From Phoronis australis (taxonomy: Eukaryota; Animalia; Phoronida), in NCBI GenBank assembly GCA_002633005.1, contig NMRA01000161.1:65712-129711 (forward strand): a stretch of DNA of 64,000 bases. Direction: 5' to 3'. This document shows positions 13,045 through 27,100 of this stretch, piece after piece. The notes below the pieces were generated by a model. The model worked only from the letters and a program-made list of their open reading frames with translations. It searched no databases and was not told where the DNA came from. Numbering within the stretch: the first letter of the stretch is position 1; the number at the start of each line of letters is the position of its first letter. The position numbers were made by a program, and so were the translations under genes.

Positions 13045-14928
13045 TTAACATATGTGTCTATTATCTCGGGACCTGTTCCAAGAAATTGTCTTAAGTTTAA
13101 GATTTGTCTTGCAGTAGCTGAGACAGTTTTCTTGGAACGGGCCCATGTGCTTAGTTCGCACTACATGACCCATGGATGCAAGCTCCAGACTCAAAATAAA
13201 AACTCAAGATTGTGAGAAAACACCGTGGAATTTCTAGCTCAGACTGAAAAGTATAGTTAAAATGCTAAAGTCATCTAAGGTAGTCTAGACATGCGCAATC
13301 AACCACGTGAACTATAATATATTCTAACACAGAATTAACGACATTTATCGAAAAATGGAACAAAATAAAACCGAAGATGTCAAAAATAATTTGCAGTTCG
13401 AATTCGAGTACAATGAATAAACATCGGGTCCTTGGTGAAAATTGTACTGTACTCGAGCACAAAATGTAAATATTCACATTTACTTTAGTAGAATAGATAT
13501 TTTCAAAACCAAGTTGAAGTTCATGCTCAAGCCTAGCTACTTGTTTTTAGGCTCATGTTCTTTATAATCCAACAATTATTGGAAACACTTAATGAGTGAC
13601 ATCTCTACTGAAAGACAATTTTCCAGCAAAATTAGCTCGTCTCATTAATTCAATAGTTTGCTTGAACCAGTATTTGGAGGAAACGGTAATTTTTCATCCC
13701 ATCCCATGAATATATCTTCACTTATTTCGCCCACGTCTGTTTTTGTTAAATTGTTAATAATTTACAATACATATTCAAAACTCAATGAGGCTGTCCAGAA
13801 AATGTAGTGTATGTGAAATTTTATGCTGCACGTTTCACGTCATACACCATCAAAGGGTCTACAGAAAATAAATTTAATTAGCACGTCACCGACACGCAAC
13901 ACCGTTTGCGCTCGAATCCTTCTCGGTTTGGCAGGAGTGCAATACGTTTCCACGGAATTGTTTAACTTCTAAATCCGTAAGCCGATTTTCTATTTTAGAT
14001 AAATGAATTTCATTCAAGTTGCTGGACCCGAGTCAGGACATACGAAGATTTATACGGTGACTCTAAGCTTTCCGCAATTTGCGACTGCTGGTTTATGACC
14101 CTTATTAATTGGCGCCCAGCATATTGGCTTTGGATTTCTTTCCGATTTTATGTTATAAAATTCGCACTTGATGCACGGTTTTTAGAATTCAAAAACCTAA
14201 CCATGTGCACTTTACAGGAACTATTCAAAATCGTCCAAAACGAAAATTTGAAATATGCTATTGTCGCCCAAAAGTGTTTAAAACTATTTAATGAAAGGTA
14301 GTTTCGCGCCTGATTATCCAAGGTCAATCTCCAGAGAGGGATAAAATTAGCTGAAGCTGAATGGGTTCTTTGAAGATACCGGCGGATTCTAACGTACCGA
14401 CCGAGTTGCCAAAACTCGACCGTTGAGGGTCTCAGCTTAGGATTCTTTTCATAGAAATCAACCAACAAGACGTTAAAAGTTAAAGACAATTGCTTATGAA
14501 GGCTCGGCGAGTTGAAAAAAGAGTTCTTTTTATATATTTTCAAACTCCTAAAAAAGATTTTTTTTCGGCAAATGTGCCCTTTCAAAGAGAATTTGTAGTC
14601 AAAGGTTTCATTTCGTAGTCGTGAAAATGTCGCCCTTCTGAGTGGCACGTCCCGTTTACCCCTTCATTGAGATCCTCTCCCAGATCTCTGTCTTCTTTGG
14701 CTGTCGCAAGTTTGACTGAAGGTGGGTCTAAACCACAACAGAAGCGCCCACTACGACAAATAACTTTGAGACCAAAAGGGATGTCTGTTACCATGGTCGT
14801 GCATGTACATGTATGTAACGTATACTCATATTTTCAGCGCTGCCTCAATGCTTTAAAGATCGACTCGACTCTCGTGATCTTGTTGAGCAAGCGTTCACCG
14901 CCGAAAATTTAACCCTATTGTCCTGTAG

Positions 14929-15116
14929 AATGGCATGTCGTAGGAAGAATTTTAGGTTTGCCGGAGTTCAGAATGGAACCGACTGTTGGTGTAGTTATCA
15001 GTATGGTAAACATGGCGGTGCGTCTAGTAGTCAGTGCAACGTCCCCTGTTCTGGAAACACTAACGAAAATTGTGGCGGCGTGTTGCGAAATTGGGTGATG
15101 CATAGTAAAGACCCTG
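14929..15116 (+). CDS. Exon: C-terminal part of WSC domain
   Basis: [36 protein letters not shown] matches the WSC pattern; tgtag| acceptor, G|gtaag donor; phase 2-1. Confidence 0.9.
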
Positions 15117-18100
15117 GTAAGCTTTCTCGGGAATTACACACATTTACGGTGTCGTAATGACATTATTAAGGGACACGAATCAAGGTTGTGAAGCGTTTAC
15201 GTGCACTTAACTGCCATAAAGTGTGCAATTCCATAAGTCCGTGGATTTTTCGCGAAGATCCTAGACATATACATGTTCTTTTCTTACAATAGAAATGATT
15301 TTGACTTTACGGTTGGATACATTAGCACACAGCCATAACCAGCCATAACTCATTTTTAATACAGCTCAGTGGTCCCATACCAAATAGAGACTTGCATAGT
15401 ACCCATGGGTTCTTTATCGAAAGTTGTGTCCACCCTGAGTAAAAGTTATGGTGACCGAAAGAAGATCGATGATCTTGGCTAGGAGACGACGGCTCAAAAG
15501 CCTAGTGACCAAGTAATCTCAACAATCGTCTCATCCGGCTGGAGGCAACTCCCGTTACTGGCCCAATAGTAGACGTGTTGACAGGCGGGGGGGGGGGAGG
15601 CAGCTCGGACCCAATTATGACTGGGGATATGGAATTTGATAATGTGCCACCGGAGGGGAGTGGCGGAAAAGTGTTGACCTCGAGAAACGGCCACTGATAA
15701 CCTATAGAGAATCTCAGCATCTGGTTTGATGCAAAAGCATGTGAATAGGCGTGATGTTTCTCAAAAGTCTTCCGTAGCTCACAAATACCGCGAGACCGGT
15801 ACTATCTGTTTACATCGGATTCAATCCGGCATCAAAGCGGATACGCATGTCTCCATTGCTTCAGACTTTACCGACACGCTTACCTCTTAGACGGTTGATA
15901 CTAACTGAAGTAAGTTTCATGAACAGTGACTTACGACTTTTTAAGTCATCAAATTGGTCTCACGCTCGGCACAGCAATTTCCGAAATATAATAAAATCTT
16001 ACTTGTGAAAAGGTCCAAATTCTCCGAGAACATGCACGTGGCTGTTAATTACAAGAAGAGTTTCATGCGGTCATACTTACATGGCCAAACCTTGTTTTTT
16101 GTGAAGTGGGAGTGCAGAGAGGCAATCTCCTGTCTTATTTTTTTGTTACTTTCATGATACTGTCTTCATGCTTACTCGCGAAACACAAGCAACGATTTGT
16201 CTCTCACCTACTCGATTTTGCGGCATCTCGCGAAAGTCACAAAACACCAGCCATATCGAATACTCCAATGCATTGTTCAATGATAAGATTTAACACATCT
16301 GATTTTGTCGGCATTTTACTAGAAATAACTTTGTTACGTGTCTTGTGATTTATTGATCGTCTGGTCAGTGGATGGCGGATGGACACAATGGGGTACATGG
16401 ACGACATGCAGCGTCACTTGTGGAATTGGTGAGCGATTTAAAGAACGTTGGTGTACCAACCCGCCACCTGCAGGAAGTGGTATGCCATGCCGTGGTTTAG
16501 CCATCGCCCCCGCATCTTGCAACACAGGGATAAGTTGCTTTCTTCCGCAAGGTTTGGATAATTTATTACACATTGGGTATCGTAAATGTGTGTGTTATAT
16601 CTGGTTCCTTCTGTGAAATATTCATTTGTAGAGCTGTGTCCCTGAAATTCCCTATACAACCTAAAATACATATTTCTCTTGTTGTTTTATTTGTCCCCAA
16701 TAATTTAGCAAAAACTATTGGCTGGTGCAAAAGTTATAAACTATAACAAACAAAAAAAATCCGACGTTGCGGAGCCACCTACGTGTACATGCAGATTCGT
16801 TTACTGCATTTTAAGGTCTGGCTACTTACATGTATGGTCCAGGGCCTTGCATATTTAAAATTTGAAACCTCCGTGTCTATTCAGAGAGGGGTTCTTCACT
16901 TTAACCACGAGATCCTCTATGAAAACCAAGAACTTTCTCTGTACAGTACCCTAATATTTCCTGTCTCGAAATAGTTTCCCGCACCGTCATTTAGATTATT
17001 AAACACTGCCGAACAAAACAACAGCCATTCGCCCGCCATATGATTTCTGAGTGTAACTAAGATACAAATCTCCACATTCTCTCATTGCCGCACGAAATGT
17101 GATACACCACTCCACTGAAATAACCGCGCTCAACTTTGTCCTTGGGGTGCACAACTTTTGAGCGCGTCAACATGCATGTGGGCTATTCTAAGCCGATGCG
17201 CTTTACAAATTCTGTCTAGCTGCTCGGAGAGATTGTTAACGTACATGTACGAGACAACACGGTGGTAGAAAGTCTCCTGCGCTCCACACGATCATCCCAA
17301 GGACAGAGGCTCTGTAAATATCCGAACCCGGGTTACAGCAGTTATTCGGAGCCCTGCCAATTGGGTCTATTCGGAGAATTCTCCTTGCGGTGTCGCTGCT
17401 GTACTAGTGGTGATTGAATTGCGCATGCGTCGCTGGCTGCATGTAAACAACTGGTAAAACATGGAATTGTTATCAAAATAAGTCGTTGCGCAAAGCCTTT
17501 TTATTGCTATTTTCTCTGGTGCAAGTCTTCGACAGGTGGTCACAAATTACCAAAAGACCTAAGGTTACGACATTCATGGAGCATTGCGGTCAAAAGGGTG
17601 AACCAACTGACAAAAAGTGTGTGGATGCCGAAGCCGCTTTGGGAGACTACATAACGTAACTTGGTAAGTTTTAAGCAATCAAGTTTCTATCGACATCGTT
17701 CGGTGATGTTATCCCCACCAGTTACCCCTCTGAATAACGGGTTTATTGAATGGAACTAAGTGTTTCTTTTCGGGAAACTCACACAGCACTCGGATACCGG
17801 GTAAGCTAGCAGCACATATTCACATATTGTACGTTCTCCAGGGGTGGGAATGCGCCCAATATAAAAAGTGTATGGTACGTGACGCTCAGAAGTCAAGAAT
17901 GACTTTCACAGCACGTTCTATTAAAAGCTATGCCATGTCCAATAAAATTCTCTAGACGAGTGAGTTTCCTTATTTTATGGCGGACTCCATCCTCAGGACT
18001 ACCAGATTAGTTACTGAATTAACCGATGAATAAGCTATTCAGTAAACGTTATAACATTGCATTAGAATAAAAATTGACACCTAGAATGAATTTTACATGT

Positions 18101-21100
18101 TGAGGTCAGAAGCATATTTTAGGTGTCGTGAAAAATACACATTATTAAATCACTTTTAGCCTGTTTCACATAGTTTAATTCAGATCTTAAATAAGACTTG
18201 GGTACAAAGATTTAGTTTCTACATATAAACATGAAGATGAAACGTCAAGTATGTTCTGCCTTACTAAAATAGTTTTGTTTTGTGTTTTCTTTTATAATTT
18301 GGTAATATTTCTCCCGCTATTCTGTTGCAGGTGAGAGAAAACGACTGAAACCAGACGCCTTTGGACAAAGTGAAAAGAAATCCTTCAGCATTAACCTGAC
18401 AGAATCGAACAAAATTCAGAAATTCAGCCCTTGATATGCCTGATTTTGAACTCCATTGCTAGGGAAAATTAAAATTGTTTTTAACAATGTTGTTTCTTTA
18501 TATACTTTTCTTGCATGTGGAACTTTTGTTGTGGACAAGTTAACACAAAAGTTAAAATTGTTCAAAGGCCTTCTTAAGAAAGCTCTAAAAATAATTACAC
18601 ACACAAACAAATCAAATGCAAACAAAGGGAATACTTCATTTTGATCGCTGCACATTTCTAGAGGTCAACACTGAGGAAAACGACAATTCGCAGGGGTAAT
18701 CGCTAATCATTTCAGCTTTGTAAAGAATAAGCACAACTGCACTGTGTGGGGCTTTAAAACTGAGGAAATATTGTGGTTTCAATAATTAGTGACAATCTTG
18801 CCTGTTGATGAAAATTTTATTCTTCATCAAATTGTAACATTAGCGGGCTTTCTACTGACAAAAAGACAATCGATACAGTCACTGAATGTCATTTCCCCAT
18901 AATGTGTACCAAATTGAAAAGTTTTTACCATTAGCATAAAGCCTTTCTTCTGAAAGGAAATATTAATGTCACTCAGTGAGAAAGGACAGGTATTTATGCC
19001 AGATGCTTTTGGTTTTCATTTCACAGAGATCTACTTTCAATAGCCTATAGAAGCGCTTGTAAAAAAGGTCCAGTTTCGGCACGTGGTTTTCCTCCAGGTA
19101 ACCTCATTAAGCCTCAATTAGATCCTTGAAGGTAAACACAACAGCATATCACTTGACTCGTTTTGTGCCCAAAATCTGACCCTGAACTAGACCAGTAACA
19201 CCACGTCTTCTTTAGCTTCAGTTCCTCATGTTTCTTCCAGGAAAGGAAATAAGCTATTGTCCACACATGACTATTGCCTATGAAAGGGCATCCTCACCAA
19301 CGAGGCTAACTTGTGTAGCAGGTCAGATATAATTCCTCTTCATACACAAACAACACGTTTTCTTATGGTAACTTCGTAGTGCGATTCACATTTCACCAGG
19401 GCCACTGACATGTACATTGTGCCATGCACTAATGGTGAGTGGAAATGCTGTGGGCTGGAGTAGCAAAGCTTGTTCGTTGTCTCCGATGAAGAAAATGGGC
19501 TTTAACAACAGATCTACACTGGATGAGAAGATCTTGCTGGTTAGCTGTAGTCAACTGCTTAAAACCAATTTCTGTCCTTCTGGGTCGATGCAGAAGCAAT
19601 GCATGTCTCCTCTGCAGGGTACAAGCCCTCAAACCTAAAAACCAAAGGTCACAAGAAAACAGACATGATAGATTTTCATTTCAACGTGTAATAAATTTCC
19701 GGAAGACACAGGATAGGGAGTAAACAAATAGTCTAATGTATATTTACGTACCCTTTGCCATGGCATTGGGCTTTGATTGTAATCTCACTAACCAATATCG
19801 AGTTAAACATTCAGCATTCATTGATGTAACTGTCACTGATAAACCTGTTAGAAATCATTCCAAACAATAATACTGCGTTGATGTACGAAAACATCCCGAG
19901 TGCTACGTCAAGTATCGTGTTCGACTGGCGACTGCCGTGAAGTCGACATCGGCGAGTATTTCAGTTAACAGGCATCAGTAGAATAAACATGGAATAATTG
20001 TTAAAACAATCACAAACCTTACCTTTGTATAAGATCGTGCTTACTTTCTCTCATAGAAGCACCCTTTTCACGCAATCTCCGATTCAGTTGGCACGCCTAC
20101 AAGCCATTTCACCATGTATTTAAAGGGCTCGCGAAATCGAGGCTGTTAATCTATCACCACTAGTACACGCGCGCCCTCTAGTTAATGTGAATTTTCCGAA
20201 TAGCCCCATTAAACGCTCTTTCTCCTCACTGACAGCTTCGGCAGTGATGCAAAACAGACTTAGCTCGATGGAATTAGGCGCGAATAATTCCCAATTGATA
20301 CTCCAGCGGATGGTTAGACTGATTAATAAGTATGGTCCACGAGGGCCCGCTTCCTATAAACACAAACTTTTAAGGTTCCATTTTTTCTTCAGTAACTGCA
20401 TGTAAGGCGTCTAAAAAGATGAACTCCCGTTCGACTGCTCCTCACAAGTAATACGTTACGTATACTGCCTAAATTATTAATAATTTCAAAAAATCGACCT
20501 TTTTCCGTTCTCATAATTTTGATTGTGTCATCCAGATATCGAAGCCCGATAGTATGTGTAGGCGCTAAACATATAAGCATATAAGTTGGCCACATTTCAC
20601 ACGACTGTGCCCAATGTGAAGATTCGTTTATTGGTCTTATTGAGAAGGGTTACTCCTTTGATACAGAAAACGTGGGGTTACCGGGCAGAGAGAATTCTTG
20701 GTTTGAACGAGGTGCCAGGGAGGATTTCTGGATTAAAGCCAAGAACGCCTATCTGAATAGACACGTAAGTGTCAGATTTAAACTATCTGACCTGGGCTTT
20801 ATGGTTGTTGTCGATGAAAACCGACAAAGAGTGACGAAATTTTGCGGGAACCAGACAGTCATCAGTCCGAGGTAGAAGGAGCCAGCAGGCTCCGCAACGC
20901 TGGGAAGTTTCTCCAGTAGTAACAGTTTATATTTTTACGTCTATTTTGTACACCTGGATAAATAACAATATTCCCTGTGGAATGAAATATTGTGTGTGCT
21001 TTGCGTTGTATTTTTATGCTCCGCCAACAAATGTTCACAAATAAGGACAACGTCAAAAGTCAAATGGAAACATGGCGAATGCCCTCAGAGTAGTGACGCA

Positions 21101-24100
21101 ATGCTATTATTCGAAACTTTTTTTAAACTGTGGTCTTTTCCTGTCAAGAAAGTATTTTCATGTTGTCACATTCAACGTACAAGGACGTCATTCATTTCTA
21201 GTGAATGGTGTCTGGTCGCAGTGGTCGCAGTGGAGCCGTTGTGACGTCACGTGTGGAAATGGAATCACGACACGGAGTCGCCAGTGCAACAGCCCGGCGC
21301 CGTCCAATGGCGGTCGGGTTTGTCCTGGCAACGACACCGAGGTCATGACATGCCACTTAATGTCGTGTCCAGGTGAGATGTTGACAAGCACCCATGTTTA
21401 TGACGTGCATGCCGTCTAAACATTTACCTGCTGATTAAGGAAAGTCGAAGCAGAAACCGTCATCAGTCAGCGTGAATTCAAACAGCAATGCAGCTAAAAT
21501 GACAAATCTTACGAAAACCTGTTGCACGCACCCAAATAGTTCGACCGCTGCAAGACGTTCCTCACTTGGCACGATTTTTTGAAAATCGAGTCGGAGTAAA
21601 GTCCTACCAAGGGGATCTAGATCCTTACCTTGGAGTGAGCATAATGTTATTTGCCACCCACCAGTCATAATCGTGCATTATAACAATAATACAAAATCAC
21701 ATGGGGTATTTGTTCTTTCTACGCAGGTGATGGCGGTTGGTCAGAGTGGGGTAACTGGGGGACGTGTAGCGTCACTTGCGGGGGCGGCACACGTTCCAGA
21801 AGTCGGTTGTGCAATAACCCCTTTCCGTCCTCTGGCGGCAAACCTTGTGGTGACTTCAACACACAGGCGGACGCATGCGGCAACGGCATTTGTCCTGGTA
21901 AATTATCTAAGTAACATGTGGTCTCGAGCACATATTTAGAGACTCATTGATTCAAGCACAAATGCATGTACCTATCGTAAGGAATTAGTCACCGACTTCA
22001 AATGCGCATAGTCATTCCTATGTCATGAACCTCTAAGCTAAACGAAGGAATCGTCTCTGAAAACTAGACCTAGTCGGCTTACCCGGATTACGCCTACGCT
22101 AGTGGACATGTTCGTTTACAATTGTCGTTGAGTGACAGCTTACTATTTGGTTGTGTTTGGCTTTTCTGTTACTACAATCTGTCCCACGTGGCATCCTTGT
22201 CATGTGTTTTCGAAATGTTTATTTCGACAAAAACAATAATTCTTAAATTATTTACGCGATAACAAGAACTTGGTCCACACAGTTCACGGTGGGTGGTCCC
22301 CCTGGTCGGCGTGGGCACAATGCGACGTTACATGCGGCCAAGGCTTAAAATGGCGAATGAGAGAATGCAATAATCCTCCACCGAGTTCAAATGGTAAAGT
22401 TTGTGCTGGGATGAACTCAGACAGTGCGAACTGTAGAGCCGCCATTAACTGCTCAGGTAGGAATTTTCAAAAACATTGCCGGAAGGGAATTAGTGTGGTT
22501 CGAAATCTCTCATAGAAATCACAGTGAAGGCGTGTCTTCTCTTATCAACAGTATAATTTAAAACAGCCGGTGTATCTACTTGGCGTTTTGTTTTCATGTT
22601 GGCTGATACTGAAATGCATATCTTGCCACTTCACAATTCTTTTCCAGTCAATGGAAATTGGTCAAGCTGGTCGTCGTGGGGCTCTTGCTCTGTAACGTGT
22701 GACATTGGCGTAACTAGACGACAACGAGAGTGCAACAATCCTGCGCCAGCTTTTGGAGGCCTCACATGTCGAGGAGAAAGTTCAGACAACCGCACGTGTA
22801 ATACACATCAAAGCTGTCCGGGTACGAACGATTTTATCAGAGAAACTACAACTATATGTAACTAGCCAAAGTCTAACACTCTAATCAACCCTTTCTAATA
22901 AAGACCAGTTCAGCGTAGAAACATCCTATTTTTCAACAAAAAGTCAATCCTAATAGTCTTGCAATGGTGATCTACTTCTCACAGGAGTTTAACGTAAAAA
23001 CTGAAAATACTGATGTTGAATGGCAAATCGCATGGCTTAGGTAAATATTTCACCTTGACACCCCCAGAGTTTCAAAGGACAATCCCTGAACTTCAATATT
23101 CTTGGCATTGTTACCTGTTTCTACATGTACAATGAGTTTGGTACCACACTTAGAATTGCTGATTTTGACGTGGTAAAGATTAACAATTGCGCGGAATCAA
23201 ATGCAATAACTCCGCAACAGCAGCTGAACACTGTGGTCCTGAACCAAATCCAGGCCGTTAAGTAGCCTAGCATGTTCAGCGTATTTAATTGTTCAAGATG
23301 CCTGCCTTCAAATCCATTCAACGTATGCAAATCGTAATGTTTGCAGTGCATCTTTTTATAAACATACCTGTAATCACTGTAACAAAAAAAATTGCAGGCA
23401 ATATGATACACCTTGTACCAGACGTGCGCAGGCCTCGCAGGTGGGCCCATTGCACTAATCACCTGGAACTATTTTTATGCTTTATTGATATATAGTTAAA
23501 ACCGAGCTGAGGAGCTAGAAACCTGGCTCAAGGGTTTAGCAGTATGACCTGGTGCAATCACTGTAGCTGAGTAGCCAAATAGTACAACTAAAGCTGCACT
23601 AAGCGGACAAAGAACCAAACGTTTGACTTTATACTGTATATTTACTAAACTAAGCCAACAAATCGCACACTGGTTTCATATCCTTTGCTGGCTTCATCGT
23701 TGAAATTTGCCAAAATCAGTAAATTGAAAATTGGCAAAAATTTTCATTGTTTGAAAAGTCAGCACCTAAATACTAAATGCCTATCTTAACTACCAAACCT
23801 GTTAAGGCCAGATACTATACAAACACATAAAAACTCATAGTTATTCCTAACTTTGAAGATGTCTCAAAGTGGCCGGATTTTGCTGAAAGAAGTGCCGAAA
23901 AAGTCATATGTGCAAAATCATCATCAAAACTAAAACATTAGGCCTGTGTCAGAAAAATCAAAGGTGACCTAGTGCATATCTAGGGGTACCTCAAGCCCTC
24001 ATAAAGTATCAGGAAAATCTGTGGCGTTCGATGTAGAACCACCCGTAGGTGCTTCTTAATCTGTACGTCTTTGGCTTACTAGTAAATAGTTGGTCTTATT

Positions 24101-27100
24101 TCAGTTAACGGTCAATGGTCGACTTGGGTATATTCTACCCCATGTGACGTCACCTGTGGCAACGGAACCCGGGTTAGAGAAAGAGTTTGTGGCGATCCGG
24201 CGCCGATGTTTGGCGGTTCCAACTGTTCGGGCGATTCCGCCGAGACGGTGAGCTGCACTAATGGAATCGAATGTCCCGGTACGAGATTTTTCGTCGCATA
24301 ATCAGTTCTTATAGTAAAGAGTGTTTCGGTCTGCATCTTGTCATTATCGTATGTTTATGTAACAAATCGCCGAGAGCGCCATCATTATGTGGACACAACT
24401 CACGAGTCATCATGGAAAGCGCATACATTGAATTTTTAATTTTTTAAGTTTTTGAATTTTCATATTCTCTAAAAACGATTATTCATTTACATGTTTGTCA
24501 CAAAATGAAATTAATTAAAGTTAATAGTTGGCATTTTAACAACATCTCTGAAAATTCGTTTCGCAGGAGGGCTGCTTACCAGGCTTGAATGGTGGCTCAC
24601 TGTAGGAATATGGCAGCTTAGACTACAAATTGTCCAATAATCACACCACTACATAAAGCACCTTTATCAAAATACACGATAGACAAGCGGACTCACTGGA
24701 TTTGGGTCTGTGAAGCACTCATACTTTAAGAAAAAAAACTCAAATGTTGCAATACACCAACTGAAAAATTTGTTATTTTGGGGTAGAAACTATCCTCTGG
24801 TGTGTTTTTAGCGTTTTCAGTAAAATTGATTGTCAGTGAAAGTTGATGTGATAACTGAAAAACTTTAAGCACGGTTATCTCAGTTCATTATTTCACAGTA
24901 GTGGCAATGCGCTCAAGTTTATTCTCAGCTATTTTTGATCAAATTTGACGAAATCAAAAATTGAAATCTAATACAAATGAGTTTCAAATCCGTGCCAGGG
25001 TCATTGTTTAAATTATTATAAGTTATTTTGATATCAGTGGGAATTTTGACTGAATGTTATGTATTTGCCAAATCTCAATACATTAGTAAAATAGCAGTAT
25101 TTGATGATGGCTTTATGGTGGTAATTGTTTATTGAGTAAGATTTTGAAATATGTGACAGCAATTTTTGGAAAAATCGTCAAGAAAACATAGCTTTCTGGG
25201 AAAATTTAAATAAGTTAAATAGTCACTGGAACAATTTTTTTTTGCTTTTTCTCATGTTGTGGGTCATACTTAAGGCTATACATATTAAAACTGACACATT
25301 TTCAAACAGGCTGTATCTATCTCACTTATAAGAGCGTAAAGCGAACCAACGCCAAGGCTAGACAGCGTGCGTGACAAAGAACGTGAAAAACAGACTCTTA
25401 AAAATGGTTCTTTGCCACATTTTTGGTTTGACTGTAAACATTTTAAATTCTGTCGATGTTAAAGCCCTTTTCTTTTAGTTTCAAAAACGGTATGTTCGTC
25501 ACTTCGTCGATTTTCTAAACACGTTTCCTCAATTAGTATTGCGAGATGTAGTAGTGACATAGTAATGTTATATGAAAAAACTGACCTTTGACGTGAACAG
25601 ATTACTGGGGATTTTCAAGTAGCGGCCAGTCTGACTTCTCTGAGCTCATATGTAATATTAGGGGCGGAAAATTCGAAAACTGTATTGGGATGGAGGAGTT
25701 GATATTTTGCCTGTCTCCCCATTAAAATTCTTAAAAAATTCAAAGTGAATAACTTCCACCTTAGCGGCTAAATAAAGTAAATTCACCACGATCTCTTTAA
25801 AAATATATTTTTACGAGTTTTGCGTTCCATTCCTCTTTAACAATTTGTCAGAACTCCCATGTTTCACGTGCAGCGTGTCAGTGAGCTTTTTTTTGTTTTG
25901 AAGACTGTACTAAAATTTCAAGCCCAAGAAATCAAATGGTTTGAAAACAAATAAGCTAAACTTTTTGGCCAGATTTTGCTGTTTTATCGAATGTTTTACA
26001 TGTGATCAGACATTTTAGTTTTATTAAAGGTCAAGTCATTTAATTGAAGACAAAACACTAGTATGTGCGTGGCCTTGACTGGTGTGTGTGAAAGGGAATT
26101 AACTTGATGCGAATGTGTCGAGCCCCCAAGTTAAAGCATTCCTGCAATGTGTTTGGCACGTTTTAATATCTTGGATCGTATATAATAATGCTGTTGTAAC
26201 ATAAAATTTAGATTTTTTAATTCTTGCGTTTATTTCTTGATTAAACGTAATCACCTTGATGAAAAAGTACCAAATTGTTGGTAACCAAATTCAACGTGTT
26301 TATGACCATGGTGTGAAGGGTTTAAGTAGACCGTTGTAGCAGCTTACATGTGTACCGTGTAATTTANATATTTTGCCTGTCTCCCCATTAAAATTCTTAA
26401 AAAATTCAAAGTGAATAACTTCCACCTTAGCGGCTAAATAAAGTAAATTCACCACGATCTCTTTAAAAATATATTTTTACAAGTTTTGCGTTCCATTCCT
26501 CTTTAACAATTTGTCAGAACTCCCATATTTCACGTGCAGCGTGTCAGTGAGCTTTTTTACAGTGTATTTCACTCCTACTGAAAACAACTTAGGGAAATTT
26601 AAAAAAAGCAATACACACAATCGGCACTTTTCACTCAAAAATCACCACTTCTCTGCCGATGTTAAACGTAAGGCAACAATAGATTCTGAAAGCAAATTTT
26701 CTACAGATTCCAAAAACATGTATGCAGTCCAGGAGGGCTACCTGAAATTGAAGCCGACTTTTCGGTAGTTGCCAGCAATGCAGAGATGCAGCAGGAATCG
26801 CCATCGTGAAGAAGAGTGCAGCTACAGCCAAACGAGAGATCTTTTCTCATTCGCAACATGTTCACAAATCCAAACAAACCAGATTCACTGAGCCCACATG
26901 CAACGCCTTCCTCAAAAGTACGCCAAGCCTGACTTAACTCTAGAATTTAATTTTTGGCACTGCATTATGGCCACTGTTGCTGCCTAGTTGTTAAGTGCCA
27001 CCTCAAGTTCTATACGGACACCATCTTGAATTTTGCAAAATGACTGTAGTGAAAAAAGTTTCTGTAAAAATCTCAAGCTCTGAGCATCCTAGAACTTTTG

